From: Octopus vulgaris
Lineage: Eukaryota
DNA length: 64,000 bases
Direction: 5' to 3'
Assembly: GCA_951406725.2 (NCBI GenBank)
Contig: OX597830.1
Coordinates: 38,812,001-38,876,000 of the forward strand
In this document: piece after piece, positions 41,661 through 55,756 of the stretch
How the letters are laid out: each line of letters opens with the position of its first letter
Numbering within the stretch: position 1 is the stretch's first letter
The notes under the pieces: generated by a model
Seen by the model: the letters and a program-made list of their open reading frames with translations, nothing else
The model's database searches: none
Told to the model about the DNA's origin: nothing
Translations under genes and position numbers: made by a program

Positions 41661-42285
41661 CTCCGTATATGCGCATATGTTTATGTAAATTTATGTGTGT
41701 CAATATATACACAAGCGTTATATAAAACTTACCGATCGCATCACATAAGTGTCTGTTAAGAGCTTTTACTACTGGAATTAAATTTCATCGATATCATAAA
41801 TATAATATGTGATAGATATTTGCAATATTTATTGCGAGTACCTTCCGTGTGAAATTCATCTGTCATAAAGTTTTCATTTGTTTTTAACGATGCATATAAA
41901 CTCACATTTCATGCAGGAATGCCAATAAGAATGGAGTGTCAAACTCTATATGGAAATTTTAAGTGCAATGCAAATATGATTCACCTGTATACAAGTGTTT
42001 TTTGTACCATAATCACTTCAACTATAGTACGAATCGTTAACTTTCATTCTAGATAATTTACTAAATCAAAGATAATACTTTTCTCGCTAATCCACGTTAA
42101 CATCTCTGTAGCTCAATTGAAATTCCCTTAATCTTTATTATTGCAATAGAAAATATTTCGTTTATCATCATTTAAAGTAGTATTATTGTACAGTATGCTT
42201 CAACATTAATTCCCTCAGATATGACAAAGGCACGGTTAAGCGATTAAGATAAGGGGATATATTATACAACTAAGAACAGATAAAG

Positions 42286-42320
<35 letters not shown>

Positions 42321-42321
<1 letters not shown>

Positions 42322-42727
42322 TAGCAGCTAAGCCCGGTTTCACCCGGTCTGTTTGGATGATGTGGCTATGATCATTTTCTGTTAGGCATAATCTATAACA
42401 GCATTTCTCAACCATAGCATTTCGGGTCCCCTGGTTCGTTTGGATCCTCCAGCTGTATGAAAATTCCCTGGCCTCACCCCATCAGAAAGCAGCTTTTAAT
42501 CAATTGGTTGATTTAATGGCGGAAGAAAGAGGGGAATTCCATTAGAAAAAGTTTTAATCGATTTTCTCGGTAAGTATGGGGGTTAGGGGGAAAATACAAA
42601 CAGCAATCAAATATATGCACCCGTCTCTATATGTGTGCCATTTTCCATGCGAAACCACCCAGGCGTTTGGCTGTGAACCTCAAGACAAGAAAGAATACAA
42701 TGATTGCCAATGTCCAATTTATTTTAT

Positions 42728-42730
<3 letters not shown>
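42321..42730 (-). mobile_element. Non-autonomous Helitron
   Basis: Minus 3' end CCGGGTGAAACCGGG hairpin + CTAG|T; flanked on both sides by (TA)n. Confidence 0.7.
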
Positions 42731-42781
<51 letters not shown>

Positions 42782-43564
42782 CGGACGTTATGAACGATAA
42801 ACTTAAATTTTCTTCAGAATAAAAGCAATATAACCTACATTTTATTCTATATTTCTGTTTTGAGTTTCTATATGAATTCCGAACAAGAATAGTGAACACC
42901 TTAACAGCAGGTTTGATATTCTCCACATTTGTGCAAACAAGGGAGAAATGCTGCAGCGAATATTCACTATGCTACTGATTCACTTGTTCCTGGTAAGAGT
43001 TGCACTCTACAGTTGCTACGATAACGGATTTAAGCATAATAATTTCCAAGTATTTGAATGAACCATGCGCTAATATTTCTTCAGTACATTTTAAATCTGG
43101 ATTACATATAGCCTTTCTATTGAATCGGATTATTAAACTAGAAATGGCAACACTATAGTCTATATATTGTATGTAATGCGAAACAGCATCCGAGAAACTA
43201 TTAACTATTAACTTTATTCTGTACGGTATAGCCAGATTGAAGTGGCAACAAACGGTACTTTTCAGTAGAGATACTACCTGCAGCTGTTATAGAGAGTTTA
43301 GAACCAACTACATTGTTTGTTGCAAAATCAACGACTGAATGTCGCTTATTTATTTATATATTGCGAACTGGGACGAACGACTGCCAAGCCCAATAGACAG
43401 GTGTCCCGTACTGAGAAAGACTCTGAAACTAGATTTGGTTTACTGTTCCTGTTGCCGCTGGATGGGAGGGGTTCGTTTCCTTATTCGCGATATACCAGAC
43501 ACAGATTTTGTACAGTTAACCAGCTGAAAGAAGTGACCTCCTGGTGTTAAAAACGAGTTTTCTC

Positions 43565-43703
43565 TTTTCTCTTTTATTTGTTTCAGTCAGTTGACTGCGG
43601 CCATGCTGGAACACTGCCTTTAGTCGAGCAACTCGACCCCGGGACTTATTCTTTTGTAAGCCCAGTACTTATTCTATCGGTCTCTTTTGCCGAACTGCTA
43701 AGT
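43565..43703 (-). mobile_element. 3' fragment of SINE family A
   Basis: Matches the tail of 7821-8215. Confidence 0.75.
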
Positions 43704-43998
43704 GACATTATGTAACCGTTGTAACATTATTTCTAACGGAACAGCCATGTTAAAGGACAACAAAAATTTGTTTTTAGTAGAGTTACTACTTGCATCTCGA
43801 ATAATCCTTTCTATTAAAGGCACGAGGCTTGAAATATTGTGGCGCGGGGACCAGTCCATTACATTGACACCAGTGTTTCACTGGTATTTAATTCATCGAC
43901 CCCCAAATAATAATACTAATAATAATGAGTTATGAATTATAAGTATTGATACGTGAGTTATAATAATAATAATAACAACAATAATATTAATTATAATA

Positions 43999-44540
43999 AA
44001 TGCCCTGATGCAATACCAGGCAGTGGCTCTCATGGCTGTTGATCTTAACTGACTGGAAGTGTTATCATGTACATTGTTTTGTCTTGTATAAAAGATTCTG
44101 CTTAATACCACAGATTTGCTTGACAGCTGTTTGACCATAACTAGTTGAGCATGTCCCTTAGTGGCTGACGATATGTGCATCTCTCAACACGAGCAGAAGT
44201 AGTGGGGGAGCAGCATAGCCGTGTGTTGAAAGGAATTCTTACAGGTTCGGATAATTCTCCTCTGGAAACATGGGTGTTTCATTCAACACCCTTAAACAAT
44301 CCTTATTCAGGGACCTTTTGAGCGGGATGGGCTACTCGACCAGAAGAACATTCTAACTGGGCCCCACCTGCAAGGTTGTGTTCTGTTTATCGTGATATGA
44401 GATCACCATGTCGCACACATATGGTTGTGATGCATGTGCCTAGAGTACCCTTATTAGACAGGTAGTCATGATGGGTATACTGGGCTCCATATATTTTACC
44501 CCAGTGTCACTTTGATGGCATGCATTGCTCTCTCATTTAT
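43999..44540 (+). mobile_element. ~540-bp non-coding element embedded in (TAA)n (probable non-autonomous, Dong/R4-mobilised retroelement)
   Basis: GC-richer island flanked by TAA repeats on both sides; a second 3'-tip copy at ~6900 is also TAA-tailed. Confidence 0.55.
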
Positions 44541-44541
44541 T

Positions 44542-44544
<3 letters not shown>

Positions 44545-44603
<59 letters not shown>

Positions 44604-44650
44604 TAATAATAATAATGATAATAATAATAACAATGAAAATGATAATGATG

Positions 44651-44716
<66 letters not shown>
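44545..44716. repeat. (AAT)n microsatellite
   Basis: direct observation. Confidence 0.95.
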
Positions 44717-44837
44717 GATTAAGTACGACAACAATAATTACAACAGAAACGACAAGAATAATAAATACTCTACATTAACCGAGTAACAAATGCTATAAGT
44801 ACAAAATCATAATTAAGTAATATTTGGAGAGAAATAT

Positions 44838-45281
44838 GTCGGCGAGCTGGAAGAAACGTTAGCACGCCGGGCGAAATGCTTAGCAGTATTTCGTCTGTCT
44901 TTGCGATCTGACTTCAAATTCTGTCGAGGTCGATTTTGCCTTTCATCCTTTCGGGGTCGATAAATTAACTACCAGTTGCATACTGCGGTGAATCTAATCG
45001 ACTGGCCCCGCCTCCCCAAAAATGTTGGGCCTTATGCCTAGAGTAGAAAAGAATATTATAAATCTTGAAAGGCGGTGAGCTGACAGAAACATTAGCGCGC
45101 CGGGCGAATTGCTTAGCGGTATTTCGTTTGTCTTTGCGATCTGAGTTCAAATTCTGCCGAGGTCGACTTTGCCTTTCATCCTTTCGGGGTCGATAAATTA
45201 ACTACCAGTTGGGTACTGGGATCCATCTAATCGACTGGCCTCCTCTACCAAAATTTCGGCCTTATGCCTAGAGTAGAAATG
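44838..45281 (+). mobile_element. Head-to-tail dimer of Nin/Deu-type SINE
   Basis: Two complete units (second head ~45070); flanked by AATATTTGGAGA(G/T)AAA direct repeat (44819-, 45282-). Confidence 0.85.
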
Positions 45282-46155
45282 AATATTTGGAGATAAAATA
45301 AATGAAATCTATTGTATTTATGTCTGTCACGTTTCGTATAAAACTCAAAGTAATCATTACTATCAAATTAGTTGTACTACTACATCCAGTTATCACAGAA
45401 TCACATTTTAATACACATCTTATCTCTTCGAAATCAGAAAACCGTCACCAACGAGTAGTTGATTTAATAGTAGTTTGTTCACTTTAAGTGATGGTGTTGT
45501 TAAGCTCCCAAATATTAAATACTGTTTCAATGCGTTAACTCTTACCGCAAATTGTAATGTAATACATCAATTAGTAGATCAAAAGCAGCTTTGGAAAACA
45601 AGATACTATGGTTTATATTAGTGTAACATGCTGATGAAAATTCTTGATATTTATTATTGGTAGTTGTTATAATAAACTCATGATGTAGTTTAATGCAATC
45701 ATCAATAAATCTAGTTCTTTCTGTAGCCGGTATTTAGTAACTAATTAAATTTAGCATATATAAATATTTTATACTTCTATGAGTTTTAAATTAACATATA
45801 CAATAAATTCCTGTGGGGAAATACGTGGCTTCATCTAGATTATCTTTAATGTATAGCTGATAATATTTCCCACCTTGTAACAGTATCTGATTTTACAAGA
45901 ATTTAAGCGGATAGAGCAATTTGTGGACATTCTTTATCACCAAAACGACCGATTTATATCACTACAATAAAAACCTACACCAAGACTACTTGAGATGAGA
46001 ATATAAATTTTGTCAATCTAGGTACAGTGCAATAAGTCATCCTTCTATCATACAAATTGAATAAGATTGAGTAGAATGAGTATCATTATATCATTCAAAT
46101 TGAGTATGGTTGGGGAAATTTCCATCTTTCACTAAATCTTTGAAGTGTAGAAATA

Positions 46156-47064
46156 CGAGGTGGTATGAAAAGATCCAGGACTAGTTATGTTTAATAAAAA
46201 AAATAGCTTATTTACCAAAGTTTTAATATCATCTCCTTCGAAATGCCGATCTTACACAACAATGCACCAGTCCACGCGTACCTGCCACCTTTGGAATACC
46301 GCCTGGAAGTCGTTTTCTGTAAGCTAGTCGGGGACCATATGCGATTCGCTCTGAATTTGGACAAAGTGTTAAAACGGCAATCGTTGAGTTGCGATTTCAC
46401 TTAGGAAAGAGATGGAAGCCCGCAGGTGCTGCATCTGGCGAATAGGGAGTGCGCAGAAGCAATACCATGTGATTTTTGGCGAGAAATTCTCGCGTGCAGA
46501 GAGCCCGATGACAGGGTGCATTGTCATGGTGAAGAATCCAATACTTCGATCTCCAAAATAATAGTCGCTTTTGCCAAATATCCCCGCTCAACGATTCAAA
46601 ACATTGCAGTAGGACTCTCGATTGACGCTCGAATCGATGTACAATACCACATTTCCAAGAGTGACGTTCGTGGCGGGTTTTCCACATCGCTCGTCGTCTT
46701 CGAGAGATGTTCTTCCGCTTTTGAAGTGCCCGTGCCACTCGGAACATTGCGTACGACCGGTTTCTTCGTCATTATAAGCTTTCAGAAGCATGCTCACTAT
46801 GCTTGTAGCAGATGTCCTATTGCGTAACACTAAATTTCACGCTGGTTCTTTGTTCCAACTTCTTGTCCGTGAAAAAATCGCAGATTACAGCGTACATGTG
46901 ATCACAAAAACATAAATTTCCCAACTTGCGAAGTGAACACAGCGATGTCAATCAGCACACTACCGTATGAGAGGCACTACTAGCTCCCACTGCGTATGGA
47001 ACCGTGCACTGTCATCTGTTGGCGCGCTACAGAACTAGTCTGGTAACATTTTTATACAACTTGG
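46156..47064 (-). mobile_element. Mariner transposon, internally deleted
   Basis: TA TSDs, degenerate ~30-bp TIRs, WHGHFKSGRTSLEDDERCGKP, WILHHDNAPCH, PYSPDAAPAGFHLFPK. Confidence 0.88.
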
Positions 47065-47419
47065 TATACAAAGTTTGTAGAAGCCGACGGTTAAGTCTGC
47101 GTATTTTGTTCAACGACCAGTACAAATGCTTTGTTTATAAAGATCAAGTGTACGTGCAGTACATTAGCTCGTTGCTTCTACCAAGTCGACAGTTTCACGG
47201 CGTACCACGTGCCAGGTGTTGAAGAGATCGCAGATTAACATGCAATGAAGTGTTTTGCTCGCGAATACGTCTCACCCTTCCAGAAACTGAAATCACGTTC
47301 TAACAATCATCGGATCGGTGCAACAACCTAAGCACAAAGCCATGCGCCTTCACACACACACACACACACAAACACCCATACACACACTCATACACACGCA
47401 CATGCATATATATATATAC

Positions 47420-47481
<62 letters not shown>

Positions 47482-47484
47482 TAT

Positions 47485-47772
47485 TTGGTTATAAGGATGC
47501 TATAGCAACAAAGCACACCCACACGACATCGGAATGACAAGGTAAGATAATATATAGCTCAAAGTCAAATACGTAACATTATAAATATCAGGGGTAGATA
47601 TGCAGGAACCAAATCCAACCTTCTTAGTTCGTTTACGGGGCTTAGATATACTGAAGGACTGCACCAAAAAGTGTGTGAATCTGAGAGGGGGTAATGTTGA
47701 AGAAAATCATAATTTACTGATCCTCCTGTGCTTTCTTTTACGCAAAGCCAGGAAATTTCCAGCACACTCTCG
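47485..47772 (+). mobile_element. Mariner 3' fragment
   Basis: KKCVNLRGGNVEE resembles the mariner C-terminus (KC..L.GDYVE), followed by a TIR-like end. Confidence 0.5.
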
Positions 47773-47777
47773 TGTGT

Positions 47778-47831
<54 letters not shown>

Positions 47832-48069
47832 ATATATGTATTAGGGATTGGCAGGTAATCCCATAAATTAAATTGTTTACCATTCGCAGTAATTTCCTAC
47901 CATGATTTGTAAATTTCGATTTGGTCCAAACTATCCAGTTAAGCCAGTAAGCCAAACGTATCAACGTCTCGTGGAATATGATTATTTTATGACATAATGT
48001 GTGTAGACACAGACATTATGTCTCTTACACAATTTGTATAACACAACAGACCCAGTGTAATAATATTAA

Positions 48070-48285
48070 GGCACTGAGCTTGCAAAATACTTATCACGCC
48101 ACGCAAAATGCTTGGCGACATTTCGCCTGTGTTTACATTCTGAGTTCAAATTTCGCCACTGTGGACTTTGCCTTTCAAACTTTCGGGGTCCATACAATAA
48201 GTAGCAGTTGAGTATTGAGGTCGATCTAATCTACTGACCCGCTCCCCAGTAATCGCTGGCCTTGTGCCAAAATTTGAAACATGTA
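48070..48285 (+). mobile_element. Degenerate Nin/Deu-type SINE
   Basis: TTCTGAGTTCAAATTTCGCC..GACTTTGCCTTTCA..GGCCTTGTGCC. Confidence 0.65.
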
Positions 48286-48581
48286 TTGATACTATCACGT
48301 CATGTTACAAACTATCAGGTCACTCGGTGTTACCCAAGTACATACACACATATAAATTCATACACACACGCATGCCCATACGCTCACAAATACACACATA
48401 CAAAGACACATACTCACACATATATATATACACGCATACAAGTATATAGATATGTATGCATATATGTATACATATATGTCTATATATGTATATGTAGCGG
48501 GGAATATGTTTTTGGATGTATGTGTGTGTGAGTTTGTGTGTGTGTGTGTTGTTGTTGTTGTGTGTGTGTGTTTGTGTGTAT

Positions 48582-48659
<78 letters not shown>

Positions 48660-49177
48660 TGGTTGTTTACTCGTGAAGCGGAAGATTACAGAAATAGAAA
48701 CGAAAATGTAGAGCGTAAATACATTATAACAATGTTCTAGATTTCAATTCTCAGACTTTTCGCGTTTCCGATAATTTGTCTGGTAATAATAGCTTTTTTG
48801 AAATATTGTATGCACACTGTGAATAGAACAGTTACCTCTATTTGTTTTGTTTTGTTTTGTTTTAGTTGCTTCGAGCAACACATTGAGAAACGGTTGTTTG
48901 GAGCTCATTTTTGTCATCTAATGTTTGGCTCTCTGAGAAGTACTTCAAATGGCTCAAACTACACGCGTGTGCAGTCCTTCCTAGACCCTCCTCAAGAATT
49001 TGCGTTCCTGATGACGTAATATTTATGTAATATTTTAAATAATATGATAATATTTATTATATATATATATATAGTTAAAAGTAATATTTCAAAAGTATTA
49101 GCAAAATTGAGAGTTGCACACGAGCTTGCACAATGACATCGGGTCTGGCTGTTGGGTATTATTAAGAAGAGAGTTAA

Positions 49178-49758
49178 GGCAGCGAGCTGCCAGAAACGTT
49201 AGCACGCCGGGCGAAATGCTTAGCGGTATTTCGTCTGCCGTTACGTTCTGAGTTCAAATTCAGCCGAGGTCGACTTTGCCTTTCATCCTTTCGGGGTCGA
49301 TAAATTAAGTACCAGTTACGCACTGGGGTCGATGTAATCGACTTAATACTTATGTCTGTCCTTGTTTGTCCCCTCTGTCTTTAGCCCCTTGTGGGTAATG
49401 AAGAAATAGGTATTTCGTCTGCCGTTACGTTCTGAGTTCAAATTCCGCCGAGGTCGACTTTGCCTTTCATCATTTCGGGGTCGATTGAATAAGTACCAGT
49501 TACGTACTGGGGTCGATATAATCGACTTAATCCGTTTGTCTGTCCTAGTTTGTCCCTTCTGTGTTTAGCCCCTTTGTGGGTAGTAAAGAATTAGGTATTT
49601 CTTTTGTCTTTGCGTTCTGACTTCAAATTCCGCCGAGGGAGACTTTGCCATTCATATTTTCGGGGGTCGATAAATTAAGTAGAAGTTTCGTACTTGGGTC
49701 GGTCTAATCGACTGGTCCCTCTCAAAAAGTTTCGGGCCTTGTGCCTAGAGTAGAAACG
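49178..49758 (+). mobile_element. Nin/Deu-type SINE with internal trimer, 20-bp TSD
   Basis: One head; units start at 49225, 49409, 49594; TSD ATTATTAAGAAGAGA(G/C)TTAA at 49158-49177 and 49759-49778. Confidence 0.9.
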
Positions 49759-50123
49759 ATTATTAAGAAGAGACTTAATAATTTCTGGAGTATGTATAAA
49801 TATCTACTCAATGTCATAACTATTGCTATAAAAAACATAAACTTATTATTCGACAGCTTTAAAGTTAAGCGATAGTAAATTAGTCTAATGCAAGGAAAAC
49901 TAGAAGAATCTTGCCGGTTTGAAACTTGCCCCCAACCGACCACGAAACGCACTGCTGTATATAATTGTAGCTACACCATTAGTCCGAATCTGAAGGTATA
50001 AAATTATGATAAATAACATTTCAAAATGTTTATGTTTATGACAAAAGTTTAATATTTTAATTTTAATGACAGCAATGGTCATTAAACGTGATAACAAGAA
50101 CAACAATAACACCAACAACTTCA

Positions 50124-50309
<186 letters not shown>

Positions 50310-53300
50310 CATTTCAACAGCAACGGGGTGTGTATGTGTCTATGGTCATGTGTGTAGTTCGGTGTTTTGGATTTTATCGACCTGTTTTCATTTGAAATTA
50401 TTGACTAGTTTGCGATATAACTAGAGCAGTCCATTAGATTGATGAACAATTAGCTTAACTCTCTAAAGTAGTCGACTGAAAATCAATTAGTGTGACCAAA
50501 CAGAAGGTCGTAACATTCCAGATTCAGTCAACACAATAGAATTATTGTTTCCTAATTCTATCCATCAGAGACTGATATTTCTGACATGTTCAAATACATC
50601 AAGATATACAACAAATTACTGCCAGTCACCACACGTGACTAACAGATACATCCCTACAGCTTTATTGTCACTATACATTTGTGTTTTTGCATGACTCTCT
50701 GGTTGAAAATTGTACTGATTACATCAATTTAGCGCCAGTCATTAAATGCAGGTATGCTTTCAAGCAATTGTAGCTTACGATAAATTGATAGTTAATCAAT
50801 AAATTCCACATCAGAAGTACACAAATCGAAAGTGCTTTTTTATTATTGTATTGATCAGGTTATTATTATAATATAATTTTTTAATGTGGGTGGTCATAGA
50901 CAAGACACGGTATCTATGGTTGCCTCTAGAATTCTTGAGAGCCGGTTTCGCTTTCAATTTCAGAGTATTTAATCCAAAGTCTTCTTCGAATTCAATATTA
51001 TTTTTTCATCAAAACCATGATGTATCCATGATCAACACAATTGTTTCAGTTCTACGTGAGATAATTTGCCATTTGTGGTACCGACTGTGAGGTAAGGCTG
51101 ACGAATGATTCATTTGCATGTTATAAGTTCGAATCCCAACCGTTGTTTCTGCTAGTGATTATATTTAGATTCAGATGCATGTTCATCGATTACGTAATCA
51201 AAAGCGTTCCAGTCGTCATTATTAATTTATAGTTTACGCCAAGTGCTACGGTATCTAACGGGTTATTTTTATGTGTTTAGCGTGTGACATAAGAAATATG
51301 GTTCTGCTCACTCAAGAAGGTCAGTCTACCGCATAGAGGACAACCTGTTTCCAGTTAAAACCATATGCGATTGACGATGTGAAATCAAGAGTTGCAGCTG
51401 TATTATAAACTTGCTTAATGTAGCGGAATCTTTAAACAAGCATCGGATCTCACATCGCTTCTATTCAAAACATATCGCTTTAAGGGAAATTTTAATTCCA
51501 TAATTTCAAGACTACCTCAGGATAGTAACTATAGATTTGAAATACATTTTGATAACTTCTTATTAATGTTGCAGTCGAGCATAAAGATCCCAGCAAACAA
51601 CAAACCTAGGAGCTCTAAGGCAGCATTCTATGATAGAAACGGAATAGGAAGAGATAATTTGATAAAATGTTAAATGCCTTCGTAAAACAAGTGGTGCGCA
51701 CATATTATATAGAGACCATTATTGTAGACAATGTCTACATAAACAGAATTTGATGTATAAACAAAGAGAGTTAATGTTAAATACTTTACGATTTGAAAGC
51801 CGAGTTTTATCTTTCTGCTACATGACCAAAGATCGCATCTGTTATATTAAATCAAAATACTGTTCTATTCAACTTACAACAGCTTGAAGCAGATTACCAT
51901 ATATTTTCATTTCATTTTTATTTACAGACACCAGTTAGTTTGTGAAATAGGTTGAACTTCTAAAATGATTTAATAAAAAGGATACATGTGTAGATAAAAT
52001 ATTGTTTGTATCTTCCAAACGTTAGTGTTCCCTCCTACTTCAAGAAAGCTTTTAGCCAACTAATAGTTTAATTATCAATGAAGTTGGTCATAGCTATTCA
52101 TTCCAAACAGAAAGGTTTCATGGATCACCCACTCGCATACGTATAACTATTTTCATACAGATGAATACTTGAATAAAATATATATGTACACAAAAGCATA
52201 TATACAAAATAATGTATAACTACATTTAAACATGCGTTTAACGGTGATTGTATATTTTCTAAATGTGTCCTTCTTAGGGTGTACCTCAATCTTTTTTCGG
52301 TTCTATCCAAACCTAAATCAATACTTTATTGTCAAGAAGAAAACTGATGTCTTTTCAGGGTTCGTGAACGGCCTGATCCTTGCAGAACTCCAAGCATTTT
52401 CAATTCTTTCTTTCTTTCTTTTTTTTTTGGTTTGTTTGTTAGAAAGTCACATGTGACGCTCACCTTTATATATCACTCTCATACTATTGGCCAGCAGATC
52501 GCGCCTATCCAAACTACCCGTAGAATAAATATTCACAGTCAACTGATCGTCTGTTCTTTCGATATTTTATTCACGCACACCTCACATAGAAACAATTTCC
52601 TCCTCCAATTGATGTTCTACAATTTCAAGATTTGTATATTGGTTTTAATTCTTGGAGCTCTATTGATCCTATTGATATTCACTAATCAGTAGCAACACTA
52701 CTTAAGTGCCACGATTTTGACAACAAATTCATTTATGACGAGTTATTGTTCCACAGGGGAGAAATTCACTTCTGATCATTTGTAGTTAGGTTTTCCTCAT
52801 TCAACTTCTTGTACCGCATAGCGTAGCGGAGAAGCATCAGCTCAAGTGAGAACGGTATTCGGTCGAGTTTCGCAGTTTCTACATTTGAATCGACGAAGTG
52901 TTGAAGTATTTCACAAAGTGACGAGAAGTATTATCAAGGCTTTATTTTGCGTATGCAAATAAAATACCTTCCACGCAAATACGAAGCAAATGTGATTGTC
53001 AGATGAGATCTCTATACAGCTCTTACCTCCACTCTTCTGGAATCCCAAGATTTACTGAGAATTGACAGTAGAAGACCTGACAAAACAACTACATTTATTT
53101 GAAAATTTGGAAAAGCCTGATATTCGTGACCAGCAGTATTTATTTTTTTCACAACTCAAAACTTTAATAAAAGTTAAGATAAAAGCGAAAAAAAAAGAAA
53201 AAAGTAATACAAAAATAAAAACCAAAAAAACACAGATAATATTTCCTCCAAATATTGAAATTGCAACATTTTATTTCACATCGTTTCTCATACGAAACTA

Positions 53301-55304
53301 ATGTGAAATCAAGTATCGAAAAATAGTATTCATTTTTACCCAGAGAATCTAAATATTACTTGTTCATAACATATTCTTGTTATTGTTGGGCAGTCATACA
53401 GTCATCAAACACACGCAATGCTTGTACTGCATATCATGTTTACATATATTGCTAATCAATTTATCAGATATTTTTCGTTATATTACTGTGACGTTTTGAA
53501 AGATCTTGAAATTAGAAATATGTGAATCGTGCAACAATAAACTTCTAGCAACTAAGCTAATAAATCTAAAATTGAAGTAAATAAGAACCAGTAAGTGTGT
53601 TTATTGGCAGTTATTACTAACCACTTACTTCCAAATCGCCACAAAGTTAGTTTCAAAATACAGTTTTACAGCAATATTCTTCCAATCAAAATTCAAAACT
53701 TTAATGTGTTTTTCAATTTATTTTATAAATATTATATACGAATGAAGGCATTACCATAGGATGAATATATTTGCCCCTGATTCTGTATTAGTTATTACTC
53801 ACTGCAATGTTAACAAATGTCCCTTATCACTTGCGAGTAATATTCTATTTTTCCTCTTCCCTTTCCCCACCCACCCCGCTCAACCTCCTCTCAGTCGTAA
53901 TTAAAAGAAGGCGTTGGTACAAGAGGAATTTTCGATCATTTAAGGCATGGTTTTATATCTCCTGTTTAATAGATCATACTTCATTCTGATATTATATTAC
54001 GTCATTTGTGACTTCATGTTTTTAAAAGAGCCAACAATTGATAACATGAAGTATACTTGCTGTCTTAAAAAAATCATATTTGACTCAGGTATACATGTCA
54101 TTACGTAAGCCCGGGTCGTCACCGATTGAGTATATCCATCTTTCTAGAAAATACTATGTATCAAATATTAACATTGTCCATTGAATTGTTCATTTCAATA
54201 GGTAGTGCGGTGTGATTTGAAGTAATTCCATAGCTAAGACTTTTAGAAACTGCGTACTTGGCGCAAATTTGTATCAGAATAATCTCATTCGAAGTATAAC
54301 TGGAAATATACAATATTCTTTGCCGTGTTGCAGAGCTTATTCCACCAATCTAGAAGGAGAATTTCTTTGGAAATAATGAACAAGTTTATAGAGTGCATTT
54401 ATAACATAACGGATTATTGGGTTCAACTTTATCACGTGAACAAAAGCTCACGGAAGATAAACAATAAAAATGATTGAATTGCTTTCTTGTACTGGAAAGT
54501 ATTCTATGTCTAAATTAAATATAGGTTTTTTTTTAATATATATAATGCACCATGCCTAAAAGAAGGAATGTACGTTGAACTTAAAATTTGTACCTAGATA
54601 TATCGATTCTAAACAATGTAAACGTGTTCCTAAGCCACTTTTCTTCAATAGCCAAACTGGAGCTATTCAAGAATTAATTATATTAAATATTCTTTAAGCA
54701 CGTACATACGCATACGCACGCGCACACATACACACACACATGTATATAGATGCGTGTGAATGCGTGCCTTTCAGTACATCATTAAGCAATATTTTTTTTA
54801 ATATGTACGTTTGAATGAGGTGACTTAGTGCACTTTTTATTTTGAGGTATTTTATTTAGATTGATTTTTTTCAGGGAATTATTACTCAAAGAAGCCAATT
54901 CATGTTTTGTTTCGAATGGGTATGAAATGATTATGTATTTTTATACAAAATCCTTTAGTTTCAAAATAGATATTTCATCATTCTCTTCGTATGTTCTAGA
55001 AGATAGCAAAACTTTTGGTAACGCGAATAGCCTACACGCCATGTGAAATCACTGAATTAATTTGTACCGAACTTTTAAGTTCTGGAGAAAACCTAGTTGG
55101 TTATATTTACCTTTTATTTGTTTAGATTGATATAGCTAGGTGTGTGTCGTCTATAAAATGCTCCTAGAAAAAAATGCATGTCCATATGTATATTAATTAG
55201 AAACAAAAGCTAGCATATTATGGACATCTATCAAAAGATTTAAATGTTAGAGGGTGAATTTTCGAATTTGTCATTTCAATTGCTGCTTGAAACTAGTACA
55301 TCTG

Positions 55305-55756
55305 GGATCTTTTCCTTTTGAACGGCACATGCCAACACAATTTCTAGTTAACTAAACACTTTTAAACTTCGTATACTGGTAGAATGTGTTTATAAAACAT
55401 CATTTTTTATTGGCTTTATTGAGAAAATTCTATAGTTTGTAACATATTTCGTCTGAAATTTCGAGCATTTCGGCAATTTTAACCAATCGCTGACCTCCAT
55501 TTGGGGTGAAAACACTCCGTGCTGTATGAATATGTAACTCGTTTAAGAAAAAGATTGGGTTTATTTACATTTGCGAAAAAAAAAGATGCCGAAATGCTCG
55601 AAATTAAAGTCGAAATATGTTACAAACTATAGAATTTTCTCAATAAAGCCAAGAAAAAATGATGTTTTATAAACACATTCTACCAGTATACGAAGTTTAG
55701 AAGGGTTTAGTTAACTAGAAATTGTATTGACATGTGCCGTTCAAAAGGAAAAATCC
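55305..55756. mobile_element. Foldback MITE, ~170-bp TIRs, 8-bp TSD TACATCTG
   Basis: GGATCTTTTCCTTTTGAACGGCACATG... / ...CATGTGCCGTTCAAAAGGAAAAATCC; TSD at 55297-55304 and 55757-55764. Confidence 0.92.

Noticed and set aside
43275-43525. Minus-strand exon with TTTCAG acceptor and CAG|GTAGTA donor
   Set aside because: Stops in all three frames; no support beyond splice-like motifs
48798-49019. Candidate exon after a T-rich acceptor
   Set aside because: Translation has no recognisable features; donor weak
49225-49758. CRISPR-like repeat array
   Set aside because: Whole ~184-bp units repeat with no unique spacers, no cas genes, eukaryotic SINE context
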